From: Trichoplax adhaerens
Lineage: Eukaryota; Animalia; Placozoa
DNA: 64,000 nucleotides
Assembly: GCF_000150275.1 (NCBI RefSeq)
Contig: NW_002060947.1
Coordinates: forward strand, 6,897,648 to 6,961,647
Reading direction: 5' to 3'
The stretch's first letter is position 1. Each line of letters starts with the position of its first letter. A program made the position numbers and the translations under genes. The notes beneath the pieces are model-generated. The model saw nothing but the letters and a program-made list of their open reading frames with translations, was not told the DNA's origin and did no database searches. This document shows, piece by piece, positions 29,378 to 42,450 of this stretch.

Positions 29378-32300
29378 TTAGGTCGCAGGAGCTGTAAAGT
29401 AGTTTTTAAGTGCCGATTCTAGTCCCGAAGTCCGTTTTACTTCCGATCTTGCCTTTTCTAACTCAATATCACGATCTTTCAATAGATTCTTGAGGGCTCG
29501 TAATTCATTATCCTTTTTACCGATCTCTGATTGATATCGTAGCGTATTATCTAAAGATATATCGCAGAAATTAAAATTGCACCTTTACTATTGAAGTAAG
29601 CACATATAAAATTTTCATTTAAATTTTAGCGATATATCGCTTGTAGCTATAAGTAAAAATCGTCGATCAAAATAAATTAGAAATTACTAAAGTTATGAGA
29701 AAGTGAAGGATAAACTATTTATTGTTTCGCTGTGGGTTTCTTGCAAATCCCATTAAACATCAAACCTTTAATTAAAGTATAATTCTATTAAATTAGTACA
29801 ACTGCAAAATCTTGCTAGATGTAACTAATTTCTGAGTAATTGGATTATAAGTTAAGCGACTAACTCCTATAAACTGTACTGTAGCTTTAAAATCAACTAT
29901 AGTTACAAAATTACAGCGTATCTAATTTATATCAGATGCCTAAAAGTATTTGTAAAATTTAACCTTGAGCATTTTGATTTAAAGTATAAATTTTTTGCTT
30001 TAATTCGTCTTCTAGTTTGCCTTTCTGACGCATTTCTTCTCGAAGTTGCTCATTATCCTGGTTTACTTTCTTAAATAAAGATCGTGTCGATAATTCGTTT
30101 TCTTCCTTTTCCTATCAGCCGGATACAGCATCAACAAAAGCGTTAATATTCATATTTATCTAATTATTTAATACCGTATCGTTTATAAATGCTATACAAG
30201 AATTTTTTACATTCACTTTTTTGGGTTTAATGACCACCTTCACTACCTTTACTTGTAGGTTACGATTATGAATAAGAAATATTTTTTAATATCTTAGTTC
30301 AAACTAATGGAATACGGTGTTGATGATCAGTGCTAGCTTTCAATATTTTTTATTCTATTTTAGCTAGGGTAGAGAGTATATTCGGCTACTATCTTTTCTA
30401 GTTGTACGCCTACTAACTCAAGACTAACATATAGTTAGATTAATGTCGCTCAATCAGTAAGTTAATTCATTTCAGCGCATTTATAAATAATGGAAAAAGT
30501 ATAGAATAGCTGTTATTTCAGTCGAACGATAGACCAGCATTCATACCTACTTTAATGGACTATCATGTACGCTTATAGAATGTAATTCAACCGAGACTGC
30601 TATACAATAGAACACTCTAGCAAAGCGGTAAAAATAGGTTTAAATTTCTCAATACCATTTCCAAGGACCTTATTTTCTTCTTCAAAGAATCAATTTCATT
30701 ACTTGCTTGCTCTCCTTCCTTCTTAAAATCGTCAATTAATTTTTTCTGTTGCTGTGCGTAGTCCTATAGTATTTGATATAAATAAGAAGCCAGCCTTACT
30801 AAATCGATTTCTATCTCAATTCAAGCCACTACTTTGGAGATGAATTTCATAAGAGATTTACTTCTTATTGTATCATGTATCTTAAATATCTTGGAAAAAT
30901 ACATTCTATTCAACTATCTCTAATAACTTCTCCTTTCGATATAATTCGAACCATATATTCTTAATCTATTTCTAATACTTTCTAACATTAACTAAAATTA
31001 ATAAGATACTCTTGAGATTATTCAAAAATCTGCATTGATAATGTTACATTCATATAAAGCAATCTACTTATTTTATTCTTACCGTTAACTCATTCTTAGA
31101 TCGTGTTAAAATATCAATTCTTTCTCCAATTTGTCTCATCTTTTCTTGCTATTAAATTAAGTCCATTTTCAAATTAAACTACTGCATATCCGAGCATCTT
31201 TTAAATTATCGTAAAATAATGAAAGTGTAAATGACAGTTATAATTTCTAGTTATGCAATCTAACCTCTTCCTTATGCAGGCTTAATCTGATTTCGTTAAT
31301 TTCTTCTTCGGATTTCATCTTTAGCGTAGTAATTAATTTCTTAGTGTTGACAAGGCTCTATATTACCAAATTAAAATGGCAAAAATGTGCAATCTATCTC
31401 ATTAATCTGTAGTATTAGCTGATTTATCTAGAGAAAAATGTGCTTATTACAAGGTAATTAAATTGATTTATTACTTAAAAACCGAGGACGAATACAATAT
31501 AGCGTGATCGTCAAAAATAAATATAGTAAAACCTGTTCAGATTCGTTTCTTTCTTCCTCTAATTTTTCAATACGTTCAAGCAGCAGCTTTTCTCGTTTAT
31601 TAAAATCCTTGTGCGTGATTTCATTCTGATAATGTTGAACGGTTAAAAACAAATATTAATTACCTAAAGATCCAGTATTTTCGTCGTATATTTAAAGGTT
31701 TATTTTACACGAGCGATAGATTGTAAATCTAAAACCGCAACCACTATCAACATACTTCGTCAGTGAAACTATCTTGCATCTCTTTAATCCGTTTCTGACA
31801 ATGTCTCTTAGTCCTATCTAATCGATCTTGCACATCATTTACTTTTTCTTCGCTCTCTTGCTTTAATATTTGAATTTCTTGTTTTAGTTCTTCTATAGTC
31901 AACTCCTTTTTATCACTTACTCTCTCAACATCAGTACACTAAATGTTGAATAATACATTTGCCGATTACTATAAATGAAATCTTTCCACCTATAAATGTT
32001 GAAACTTTCAAGCAATAGAATATCAATCTATATTTGTATCCCCTACTTTATTCAGTAACGATTGCAGCTGCTCTTTTAGAGTATCAATTTCTTCTTGCTT
32101 TCTAAATTCCATTTCTTCCCTTTTCTTTCTCTCCAGTGCTAGTTCTTGGCCATGTTGATTCATGGCATTGGATAAATCATCCTTTAATCGGGTTACTAAA
32201 TTGCCAAAATCGAAGGATTTCTGATTAGCAAGGGAAAGGGCTGTATTTGCCACTACCAGCCTAGAGATTAAATCAAATATTCGTTTTTAAAATTAGTATC

Positions 32301-34379
32301 GACAAATCTGATGTACCAGTTGAATGATCATAAAGAAAAATTAGCGAGAAGAATTTCAGGTTGCACTCCATTCAAAATTGCTACAATGGGCGCAGTGGTT
32401 GTTAATCCTTCATCAATCCTGAGTATAGTGCTATGCAATAAAAGGAATGCAGTAATTTATTCATTGAATTACTTCGCTTCCAGGGTTTTGATAGTGATAG
32501 ACTTGTTGTTCAACTCATTTAGAGTACCGTCCATTTTCTTATTAAATGTCCTAATTGTCAAAATTCAGAACAAGGATAAACTTAGCTAGTATAAAGCGCA
32601 GTTAAATTTTTTCAACAAAAAATTAATCATGAATAGTAAGCATAACTACCAGTAACCGTATATTTTTTCTATCTATGATGTGTTGCCGCTGTCTATATCG
32701 AAAAGTTGAATTTTTAATTGAAAAGTAATTCTATCCGATACTAACTGTTGCAGTTGATCGAAAAGAGCTTCCTGTTTATCAATTCTATCCAGTAAATCGT
32801 GAATCTGTTAGTAAGTAAAAAGTTTAAAATTTTAGTATAGCGAGAAGCAATTCCAAGTAAAATATTTTTATGAACCTATCTACAACCTATAATAGGATAT
32901 TGCGTTATGATTACAAGAGCAAAATCACAGAAATGAGATGCCTACCTGTAAATCACGATTGTAATGTAATTTCTCAAGTCCTTTATTTAAAACTCCTAAA
33001 CGCTTTTGGTACTCTTCGGAAACGATTTTACACTCTTCATTTTTGTGCACAGAAGAAGCTGTAATATAATATTCATATTTAGAAATATCATATAATGCTA
33101 CTGTGAATAAAGTTAATCTAACCGATAGCCTGCATAATATCAGTGGGGATATTATTGCCATCAATTTTTATATTATGTATAACTTTGTTCGTTTGCAGAG
33201 CAGTTAATAATGCCCTGCTGCCAATTAAGCCAATATGATTCCAGCGTATATCTACAGTACATAGTGATATAAAAAGTCTTAGAATGAAGGAATAAAATTT
33301 ATATGTCTGCATTCCGACTATAATCAGTTCAATTTCATCAATATCCTTTGTGCAGTACATTGGAATCAAAGGTTGAAATTACCTAGAGTTTGCAAGCATT
33401 TATTATTCCCTAAGACCAGAGCTAATTCTTTAGCTTCGCTTTGGCCTATCTGACAATTGGTAATGTCCAAATGTTGGAGTGTCTTATTAACAGATAAACC
33501 CTCAACTAAATTTGAAAATCCACTTTTGGTGGAAGTTATTGAATTCCAGTCTAACTTTAGCCTAGAAAACAAGGAAAAAATTATATTACTCGATCCCTTT
33601 CATAATGGTTTTGCCAAAAGTAATCTTTTTGGCTGGTATAGATTTGCAGAAAATAACTCTTCCTTGAGGGATAATTTAGAACTTAAATGTATAATTGACA
33701 AGTCACATCAAGCTCTTCAGTTAATAAATGCTATTTTATATTTATACCTTAGCAGAGTTTGTGTATCTTTCAGCATTAATCCAATCATTTCTGCCCCGAT
33801 TCCTTTAATGTTATTTCCCTTCAGATTGATATCAGTTATTACTGCATTCTGACCCAAAGCAGGCGCAATGATGCTACATCCTGAGTAGTACAGAACAAGT
33901 TATTAGAGTCAAATTCACTACTTAATATCTTCTCTACGATCAGCATTAATTGATCTGGTAAGGGAAATGTTTCCCTACCGTTAATTAACAGATTTGTTTG
34001 ATGAGATAGACTATAAATTGATCTACTATGTACGTGTATACATCTTACCTTCATCACCTAGCATACAGTCACTTAAATTTATAACTCGAAACCAATTATC
34101 TTTCCGTAAAAATTCTGCTAATGCTACACATGATCTTAGTGTTATATTGCAACCTTCCAGTTCTAACTTGTGAGTTTCTGTAATAATTAAGTAAAAGTAA
34201 CGATAATTGGTCTTAATTTTAGTCAACACTTATCTAACTAATTCATTAATTTATCGTTGGCAATTATAGTATCAAAGTATTCTGGTCATACCCGTATCGA
34301 AATGTTGCATCACTTCAGGTATAGGATCGCAGTCGTATTGGTCGCATAATTTAAGATAATAATTTCGTGCATGTTCCAT
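29378..34379 (-). CDS. LRRC45: Leucine-rich repeat-containing protein 45 (centriolar RNI-like LRR + long coiled coil)
   Basis: Exons 34379-34292 (MEHARNYYLKLCDQYDCDP), 34177-34049 (INLSDCMLGDEG), 33880-33748 (INLKGNNIKGIGAE), 33561-33383 (LKLDWNSI..LDITNCQIGQSEAKELAL), 33251-33123 (DIRWNHIGLIGSRALL..GNNIP), several E/K/Q-rich coiled-coil exons at 33060-29960, last exon 29550-29378 (..LESALKNYFTAPAT*). Motifs match human LRRC45 (LSDCMLSEEG, LKGNN, LEWNS, LRWNNVGLLGGRAL, GNNIP). Middle exons were not all resolved. Confidence 0.85.
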
Positions 34380-34672
34380 TATAACTATATAAAAATCAGT
34401 GGTAATCTATTCGTTAAAGTACTATCATTTAGTCTTGAAAAGACGGATGTCGAAAGCCTTCCAGCAATATAGTGTCTTGTTGACTACAAGAACGGTATTA
34501 AGCTACTTCTCAGTAACTTATTACATTAGTATCCTAGTAAGATGATCGCTTCTAAGGCTGTATAGTAAGCACACTACGAATCGATAAGCGCTTTGGCTGT
34601 CTTGACCAAGTAAACGAAAGAAATCAATAAAAAATTTTAACAACGCACTATCAGGTTAGAATTCAAATTTTG

Positions 34673-34686
34673 GTCTCCATAGCGAC
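34673..34686. promoter_or_regulatory. RFX X-box motif upstream of LRRC45
   Basis: GTCTCCATAGCGAC (reverse GTCGCTATGGAGAC) is a 14-bp match to the X-box palindrome type GTTGCCATGGCAAC. It lies ~295 nt upstream of the ATG of a centriole/cilia gene. Confidence 0.6.
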
Positions 34687-36322
34687 AGCCAAAAGCCTCG
34701 CCCTTACCCCTCCACTCTCATAATAACTTTCCTTCTTACTCGGCTTACTTGCTGTCTTATTACTGAGTTCTCCGGCCCATTTCTCTTTAAATAAATCTCT
34801 TCACTTTTTATTTGATTGTTATACGCTCTTATTTTGTGCCCTACTGTGAACTTTCAGTCACACTCTTCCTGTAATAAAATGCTGTTCTACTGTACATCAC
34901 TCCATATGTGATTACTGACATAGAGCCAGCGTAGACGAATGCTATAGAAATAGCCTATAGATCCACATCCAGGGCACGAGAGCCTTAGTGCAAAAGTTTT
35001 CTCCTTACCTATGGTAGTAGTAGTATATTACGAGCCGAATAAGCTGGATATACTGCGACGAAATATGCTGTATACAGTACGCCGTATTTTGTACTAATAT
35101 AAGAACCTGTTGGTGGGGTGCCCGTCCATAGTTTAAGTTTTTCTTATACACTGCATTAAAAACGATAATTATAGGCATACCGATCAAATGTTAAGGTAAT
35201 TATCCATGATAGTGTCCTACAATACAAGCTGTACTATCAAATAAACAGTAGCTAAAGCGTGTGAAACTAGATTCTCAAATTAGGCATTAACTACTCATAT
35301 GCTCACATTTTGTTATAAATAATTCAGTAGTGAGGATAGTCCACAGACACGTTCTCATAATCGTACATGTATAAAACGAAGTTTGCTTTGATATTGAGTG
35401 AAGAATTTAGGGTATGGTAGAATACAACAAGGCTTTGAGTTGAGAATTGTATAAACTATGATAATTGTACTACTGTACAGTAGATCTTAATTAGCGACTG
35501 CTTGGATTTGGGCAGTGATATAAGCTATTTATCTAGTACTGTCCAAAATATAGACTTATTCCAATGTATGAACAATTTTACTGCATAAACGAGTGGAATG
35601 GAATTAATATTTGATATTCCATATTCACCACATGTAAATATAAATTATTTCCAATATCTAATTATTAATGTCGATATCAAATCCTATTAAAGTCCTAAAA
35701 TTATTTTTTTTAAGTTGATGCGGTACAGTTTGAGAGGAAATGCCTCGCTACACCGATGCAGATATTTTAATGAAATATAGGTGTTCCTATTAGGACAATT
35801 TGCAATCATTCTAATCTCAATCAGCTCCGATATATTGGTTGTAATTACATTTGTAATACAGAATTTTATCCTTATTAACCCATTTCGCTGCTATTTTCCG
35901 GCTGCTTTACTAATAAAATTTACTGCATAGTCTATAACAACGACATACAGAGTGCCATCATTATAAGATGCAAGATATAGACTATCTTTTTATAAGCATT
36001 GCACAAACATCTAATAATATATACTGCTAATATATCGAGAAAATCAATTCTGCAGAGGCTGCTGTATTCAAAAGTTATATCCCCAAAACTTCTCAATACT
36101 TATTAAGCAATTAAAACATCTAAATAAGTTTCCATTACTGAGATATCATTAACGATACATTATCAAAACAAAAAATTTCTCTTAAAAATAGTAAACCCTT
36201 CTTTAAGGTGCGTTAACGTTTCACACGGATGAAGATCAAACCTTTAAATAAAATTTCCTACGCTCTTAAACTTCTTAAAATGTTATTGTATGATATATAG
36301 CTGTACTTGGGCGCTTGTTCTG

Positions 36323-37202
36323 AGAAGATTAAAAAATGATTTCAGCAGTTATGCAAAGGTACATTAATGTTTGTAACTTAGCAATATCTTACTCCAATAC
36401 AATTGAGCTGTACATGTACAAATGAGAATAAAATATGATTATTAGACAAAAATGTTGGGATATAGTAATAAATAATAAAACAGACTTTAGATCTGGCTAT
36501 ATTCAACTTATTAGTTGGGAAATAGAGGTTACTAACGAGTAACTGAACAGCAGCTAAATCATAGCGATATATTACCAACGAGTAACAAGTTCAGATCTAA
36601 ACAATAATTCTTCGCTAACTCTCCTCTTCGTGCTTAGCTTGTACAGCCTTAAATACTGTTTCTTTTATATACTCATATTTAGTACAAGTTACTAAATTTA
36701 AATAACTACACTAGATAACGAGTCATATCTCAATCTTGACAATTAAGACTAACGTTGGTCATTGTATCAGCAGTGAACACCGTAACATGGACATGATATA
36801 CCTTCACCTATAGTTAAAACTACCGGGATAGTGAAAATAAATTATACAAGTAATTTATAAATCATAGTCCACCTTAATTGGAGTCTAGACAAACAATCAG
36901 CATTCCAATTATCAGTACCTATTTTATAATGAAGTTATATTAAAATTACTAATCAATAATGAACATCTCATTCTACGCTTACTAAGATCATTTGCAGTAA
37001 ACAATCAAGTCAAAGGCTTATAGTTAGTTTATAAAGCGATTTTACTACCTTGCGATGCTTATTCCTAGAAGATTAAAAAATTATTTTTCAGCAGTCACTG
37101 TCAAAGTACATTTAATATTGTAACTTAGCAATATGTTACATCTATGCAATTAAGCTGTATATGTACAAATGAGAATAAAATATAATTATTAGACAAAACT
37201 GT
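36323..37202. repeat. Diverged ~135-bp direct repeat pair (36323-36454 and 37067-37202)
   Basis: Both copies contain AGAAGATTAAAAAAT..TTTCAGCAGT..TGTAACTTAGCAATAT..AGCTGTA(C/T)ATGTACAAATGAGAATAAAATAT(G/A)ATTATTAGACAAAA. Confidence 0.8.
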
Positions 37203-38339
37203 AATAAAGGTGAGTAAATTAAAGTTCCAAAATTCCGGTAATATTAATACAAATACAAACATAGTATGTATCCTGTATATTAATATACTAAAATATTCAT
37301 GTTATCACTGCCAAAATGGACTAATTTCACTGGCTGGTCTATGCTACGGCAGGAATTCGTTTACAAAAGTTGGCGGTTCACATATACGCGTACGTGCTAT
37401 CACAACTCTACATCAAATCATATAAACACCAATTGGAATATTTCTATTACATGTTTATTCTGCAATAAAATATTATGTTGTCAACATTTGCTAATACTGA
37501 TAAGAATATTATATAATTACTGTACAATAACAAGGAAGTGGTTAAAGTAGCTCGCACTTGTATTTAACAAGTCTTCGGTTAGTATATGCCGTAGTAGTAA
37601 GAATAAAGCTCTCAAGGTTAAAAATTTCATTAAAATTACAAAAATGTACAAAAGTGATTTGAATGAGAGATTTGTTATACAATTTAATCCCGGTATCAAT
37701 TCTAGGATTATACTAAAGATGGCTGATTGACGTATTGGCAAATCTTATGAAAAATATCCGTCGGTACAATCATGAAATTTAAATTTTACTTTGAATACAT
37801 TAAGTGCTAGAGCGCAGCTGATATTACACAGTGTCCTATTGTAGAATTGCAAAAGTGCAGGTGGTAGAAAAATTATTTCAGGATCACTTAAGGAATATTT
37901 CATAGAATAGATGTCTAAAATTGCAATGATACATAAAGATGCCCCCTACCAATATTGCTATTATAGAAATATTTCACACTTCAGATAATCCACCTGCAAG
38001 ATATAAAGTTTGACCTCTATCTTTCTTATTGCCCAAAATAATAGCAACCTTAATGCATTATCTCTTACTCTATTGACATAGCTAAAGAGAAAGTCTAGCT
38101 ATAACGTCCCTTAATGCAAAAGGATTTCCTAGCCAATATTATTAAAATGAAAAAAATTTATTTTAAATCAAAATTTTATGAATTACGAGAGTTGGCATAT
38201 TGCTATGGCAATGATTGGATTATGAAATATGTTTGGATATCTCAGTAAATAACGCAAAATATCATTGTAAGTATTCACATAATGTGCTTATTTAAATGCT
38301 AGACTTGTGAGACTGTTAATTACTATTATTGCAGTCATC

Positions 38340-39380
38340 ATGGCTAACGAGAGCCTCCAATGTGCATACTCTCAAGATGAACTCCAAACAGACCGTCTAC
38401 CGGTGATGCACCAATGGATTAACAGCTTATGTTATATTATCATAGCCTTGATCATTTTATTTGCAAATTCTCTAGTCACTATCGTCTTGTCAAAACAACA
38501 ATATACCGACCGAAATAACAACGAGAATGATAGTAGGAAATCATTTAATTTACTAATGATCAATTTATCAGTAGCTGGACTGCTACTTGACGTTTTACTA
38601 TTAATCACACCTGGTTATATTATCCCATCTTCACATTATGAATTCCCAAAGGGTGAATTAGGTGATTTTTTCTGCCGTCTAATCGACTCAGAATATTTTA
38701 TACATATTTTATCCTATACCTCATTAATGATTGTTACAATAATCAGCTTTAAAAGATGGCTAGCTGTGGCTCGACCCCATATCTTTCAATCGTCTGTTAA
38801 AAAGTTTAAAGTTCAAATTGTTATAACTACTATCTGGATTTTACAGCCCTTTCTATGCATCGAATTTGTTTTAGGAGACGCTTTCGTCAAAACAGCCTAC
38901 CCACCATGCCGATGGAAATATGTTATATGCGATAGCGTATTAGCAGAAAGTGTTTTTTTTACCGTCTTGGAAATAATACGCTTTTACTTTCCGTCTACTT
39001 TGATCATTTTACTTACTAGCGATACAGCTAGGCGGATGCAAATCTTTCAATTTCGCGAAGATCCAGAAATGAATCGCTCTGATACAAGATTATTTAAGAG
39101 GATTGCAGCTACAGCTATCACAGCCTGGTTGATGGTTGCTTTATGTTTGCCCGATCAACTATACTTTACGCTGTCAGTATTCTCCGTAATACGTCCCTAT
39201 CGCTATAGCATTCATAGTATAGCCCGAATATTCTTTATTACTGGCTCCAGCTGTGCACCATTTATGTATTCCTTATTCAGTCCTGAATTCAAATTGACTA
39301 TAAAAAAAAAGTGCCAAAGTCTTCGATGTAATCATAGTTGTCATCATAGTAATCGAAGAAGAGTTACTTTTACTGCTTAG
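38340..39380 (+). CDS. Orphan rhodopsin-family (class A) GPCR, single coding exon, 346 aa
   Basis: Uninterrupted ORF with seven hydrophobic segments, TM3 Cys (FFCRL), SFKRWLAVARP, ECL2 Cys (PPCRW), FYFP, CLP, APFMYSL..F helix 8. First ATG is 38340. A probable 5'UTR intron lies at 38267-38334 (GTAAGT..TGCAG). Confidence 0.85.
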   Translation: MANESLQCAYSQDELQTDRLPVMHQWINSLCYIIIALIILFANSLVTIVLSKQQYTDRNNNENDSRKSFNLLMINLSVAGLLLDVLLLITPGYIIPSSHYEFPKGELGDFFCRLIDSEYFIHILSYTSLMIVTIISFKRWLAVARPHIFQSSVKKFKVQIVITTIWILQPFLCIEFVLGDAFVKTAYPPCRWKYVICDSVLAESVFFTVLEIIRFYFPSTLIILLTSDTARRMQIFQFREDPEMNRSDTRLFKRIAATAITAWLMVALCLPDQLYFTLSVFSVIRPYRYSIHSIARIFFITGSSCAPFMYSLFSPEFKLTIKKKCQSLRCNHSCHHSNRRRVTFTA

Positions 39381-41524
39381 AAAGCTTAACACCTTGTGCC
39401 AGTCTAGCTCGTCAAACAATCTTCCATTACGGATTGAGTATTCTGTAGGTAAATTAAATATTATCGTCATTAGATCGATTCGGTTTGTACCATCAGAGAA
39501 TAACGTAAGCGATTAGCGTTTTCATTACAAAGATCCATTTGATACAATAATCAAAGAATCTATCCTATATCATTCGCCTTAAATTGTCCATTTTTTGTCT
39601 ATGCTATAAACTGAAAAATATAAAAACAGTCTATACGTATATGAAAAATCGAACGTTTACGCTGCAAAAAATTGAAGATAACTCTGTTTAACAAAATATT
39701 ATTTCGGATAGTTTAAGAACACTAAGAAACATGTTGTAAAATTGATATGATTAGAATGTTTCTACTGCTGCTGTAATAGTGCAGGATAGTAAGCTGTAAT
39801 TTAAATTTATGTTTATGTAAGGCATTGGCCTAAGCATACCCGTAGTTAATGGTAGCCAAATTGACTTTGTTGTCTATAATATTAATTCCTTTATACACAA
39901 AGCGTAGAATAGGTTAGTACTCTACCATGAAAGAATTACGCTTAAACCAAATTCTATTGAAGACTAAACTGATGCTAGTAATTGTAAATTTTTTTTATCA
40001 GCCATTTCTTCAAAACTCCCCTTTAATATTATTTCAATTAGTTGATATCCTCCAATCGAATGATTAGGATTTAAGAATTGAATAAAAAATTTAATATCTA
40101 CCTGGTTTATTCCGCTGATTATTATCTTAACAGCCAAAGTCATGTGTATTTATAGTATTAGTATAAGAATTCATGTTCTATATCGTTTTGAACAATTAAT
40201 AAAGTGATGATAGCTTGGACGATATCATATACAGGGATGCTGTTTCATTTTTGCTAGCGATTGATATCAGCTGTCATCTAATGCAATATACTGCTTCTGT
40301 AATACGCGTCTACGTCTATTTAGCTAGTAATTAGTAAGAAATGATAGCATTGACTAATATGCATCTTCAGTACTATTACAAAGTCGACGATTAGATCAAT
40401 TTATTATATTAGGTTAACAATTCAAATAGTACTGATTTTAGGTTTTCGTTCTATGCGTATCGTGGTAATCCATTTGGATTTAATGGCTCTAGGTATGGAC
40501 TACTAGAAGAAAACCTCTAGTAGTCCTGCTTTAGGATACTTATTATACTGGCATTTGAAAGAAGGATAAAAAAACTGTCTATAACCTGTGAAATTATTAC
40601 CGCGCACTTTCGTCTTTTCATCCATACCAGCATGCTGGTGTAAATAATTAATTGTCCAGTACTCATCATATTATTGAATTTTTAAAGTGGTGTTGTTTAT
40701 TGACTTTTATGTACCACAAAATAGTATTGACTGGCGCTGATGGTATCAAAACTGACTAGTTATTTGAGAGGTGATATAATCATGATCTAGAAACGATTTG
40801 ATTTTGTTGCCGCGAGTATAGCATGAATGAATTTATAATAACTATCAGTAAATTGACATTGAATTCTCTTTCTACTTGATGTTAAGTCAAGCTTAACTTT
40901 AAACCCTCCTTACTGTCCATCTAATAAAATCCCTAAATATATATACCTCAAGATAGAGGTATTGAATTCCTCTTTCATTGGCTCTGCATCATTTTACAAA
41001 GTTGTAATTTGATGTTCTATCATTGCCTTTGGACTGTTTGAGATTCTTATTTTGGAGCTATGTGGCATGCTGAATCAAGTAGAAGCACACATTACTTAAT
41101 TTGTTTGATGCTGTCTTACTTTTCTACCATTTTAGAGGTAGTGGATTGCACAGTAGTCCATCACTAGCTAGGCGAATGCCGTCTCGTTTTCAAACCGGTG
41201 CATTTGCTAAAGATGATCCAAGTTGGTGTTACTGCATTTGTTCTATTTTAAATGATTGATGTAGTCACCCAAGGTACTCAACCTTACTCTCAGTCACTTG
41301 TACTGGTAGCTTGGAAAGTGTTATTTCCACTTAATACTGTTATCATGGACTTTTAGAAATATAACCGGAGTATATTTGTAGAAGTCCATGCTAATAGCTT
41401 GAATTTTGAAGTGCTCTTTCATTGCGCCATAGTGGTCTACAAGGTAAACTCAGGAGGTCGCACCAATGGCACTCTGCACAGGTACTGCTGTTTGCCTACA
41501 GTATACAGACGTACACTCGTACAG

Positions 41525-41941
41525 ATGAAGGTCTGGACTGATCACTCTTGGACGGACAGATCTTTTCGGCCACATCTTGTCAAAATATTGCGCCAAACAC
41601 TTGGTTGTGACAGTACTTTAGTATGTAGAAGATTGATTTTGACTGAAGTACTTTTTTGTCAATGAAGTAATATCGTAAAGCAAAGACATTCAAAGAAAGT
41701 TCACAGGCAAATGATTTCTTACTAATGTATCTATGCTCAGTCTATTATGCATTACTAAGTTCTACTTGGAAAGAGTTGTATAAAATCGTCGAAGTTATTT
41801 ACTGTAAATGAATATGAGTAATTTTAGACAGCAGCCATTGGAAGATCTTCAAGATCTATACTAAGTAACCATTCTTGGATATTTACGGTCTGATTTGGTC
41901 CGAAAGTCCGTCTGTCCAAGGCGGCGATCGGTCCATTCCAT
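41525..41941. mobile_element. Degenerate inverted-repeat (MITE-like) element
   Basis: Arm 41525-41588 (TGGACTGATCACTCTTGGACGGACAGATCTTTTCGGCCACATC..AAATAT) resembles the reverse complement of 41879-41941 (TGGACCGATCGCCGCCTTGGACAGACGGACTTTCGGACCAAATC..AAATAT). The spacer is ~290 nt with no coding capacity. No target-site duplication was identified. Confidence 0.45.
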
Positions 41942-42450
41942 AGTAGTACTGTTGCTACTGTATACAGTACTTTAATAATATTTAAGTTGACACTGAAGTA
42001 TACAGCACACTACTATGGTGTTGTCGATTACTGAATTACTAGTAATTTCCAGTAGTCCATGGCAGTGTATGGGTATATCTTTTAAAAATAAACAAACAAC
42101 AACAACCCCGTTTGAAGATCAAGGAGGTAAATGAAAACTTGTAGGCGATAGAGATAGACATACAGTAGAGAAACACATTAGACAGTGGACCGTGAGCGTA
42201 CGGTACCTTACCGTAAAGCAAGCACCTGCGCCTGTCCACTTTTGTGCTACTAAATCAACAAAAAAGCGAGACAAGTGTTGATCTTGAAAATGGGGAGGCG
42301 ATCAGACTAGGAGCTTGTAATAAGAGAGATAGGTTACTGACCAAACTAAGCTGCTCTGAAGGGTTGTTTGAATGAATATTTTATTGATTTTCTATTTATT
42401 AAAGCCACTTTAGCCAGACCAGACAGTCTACCCCATGACTAAAATTGTTT

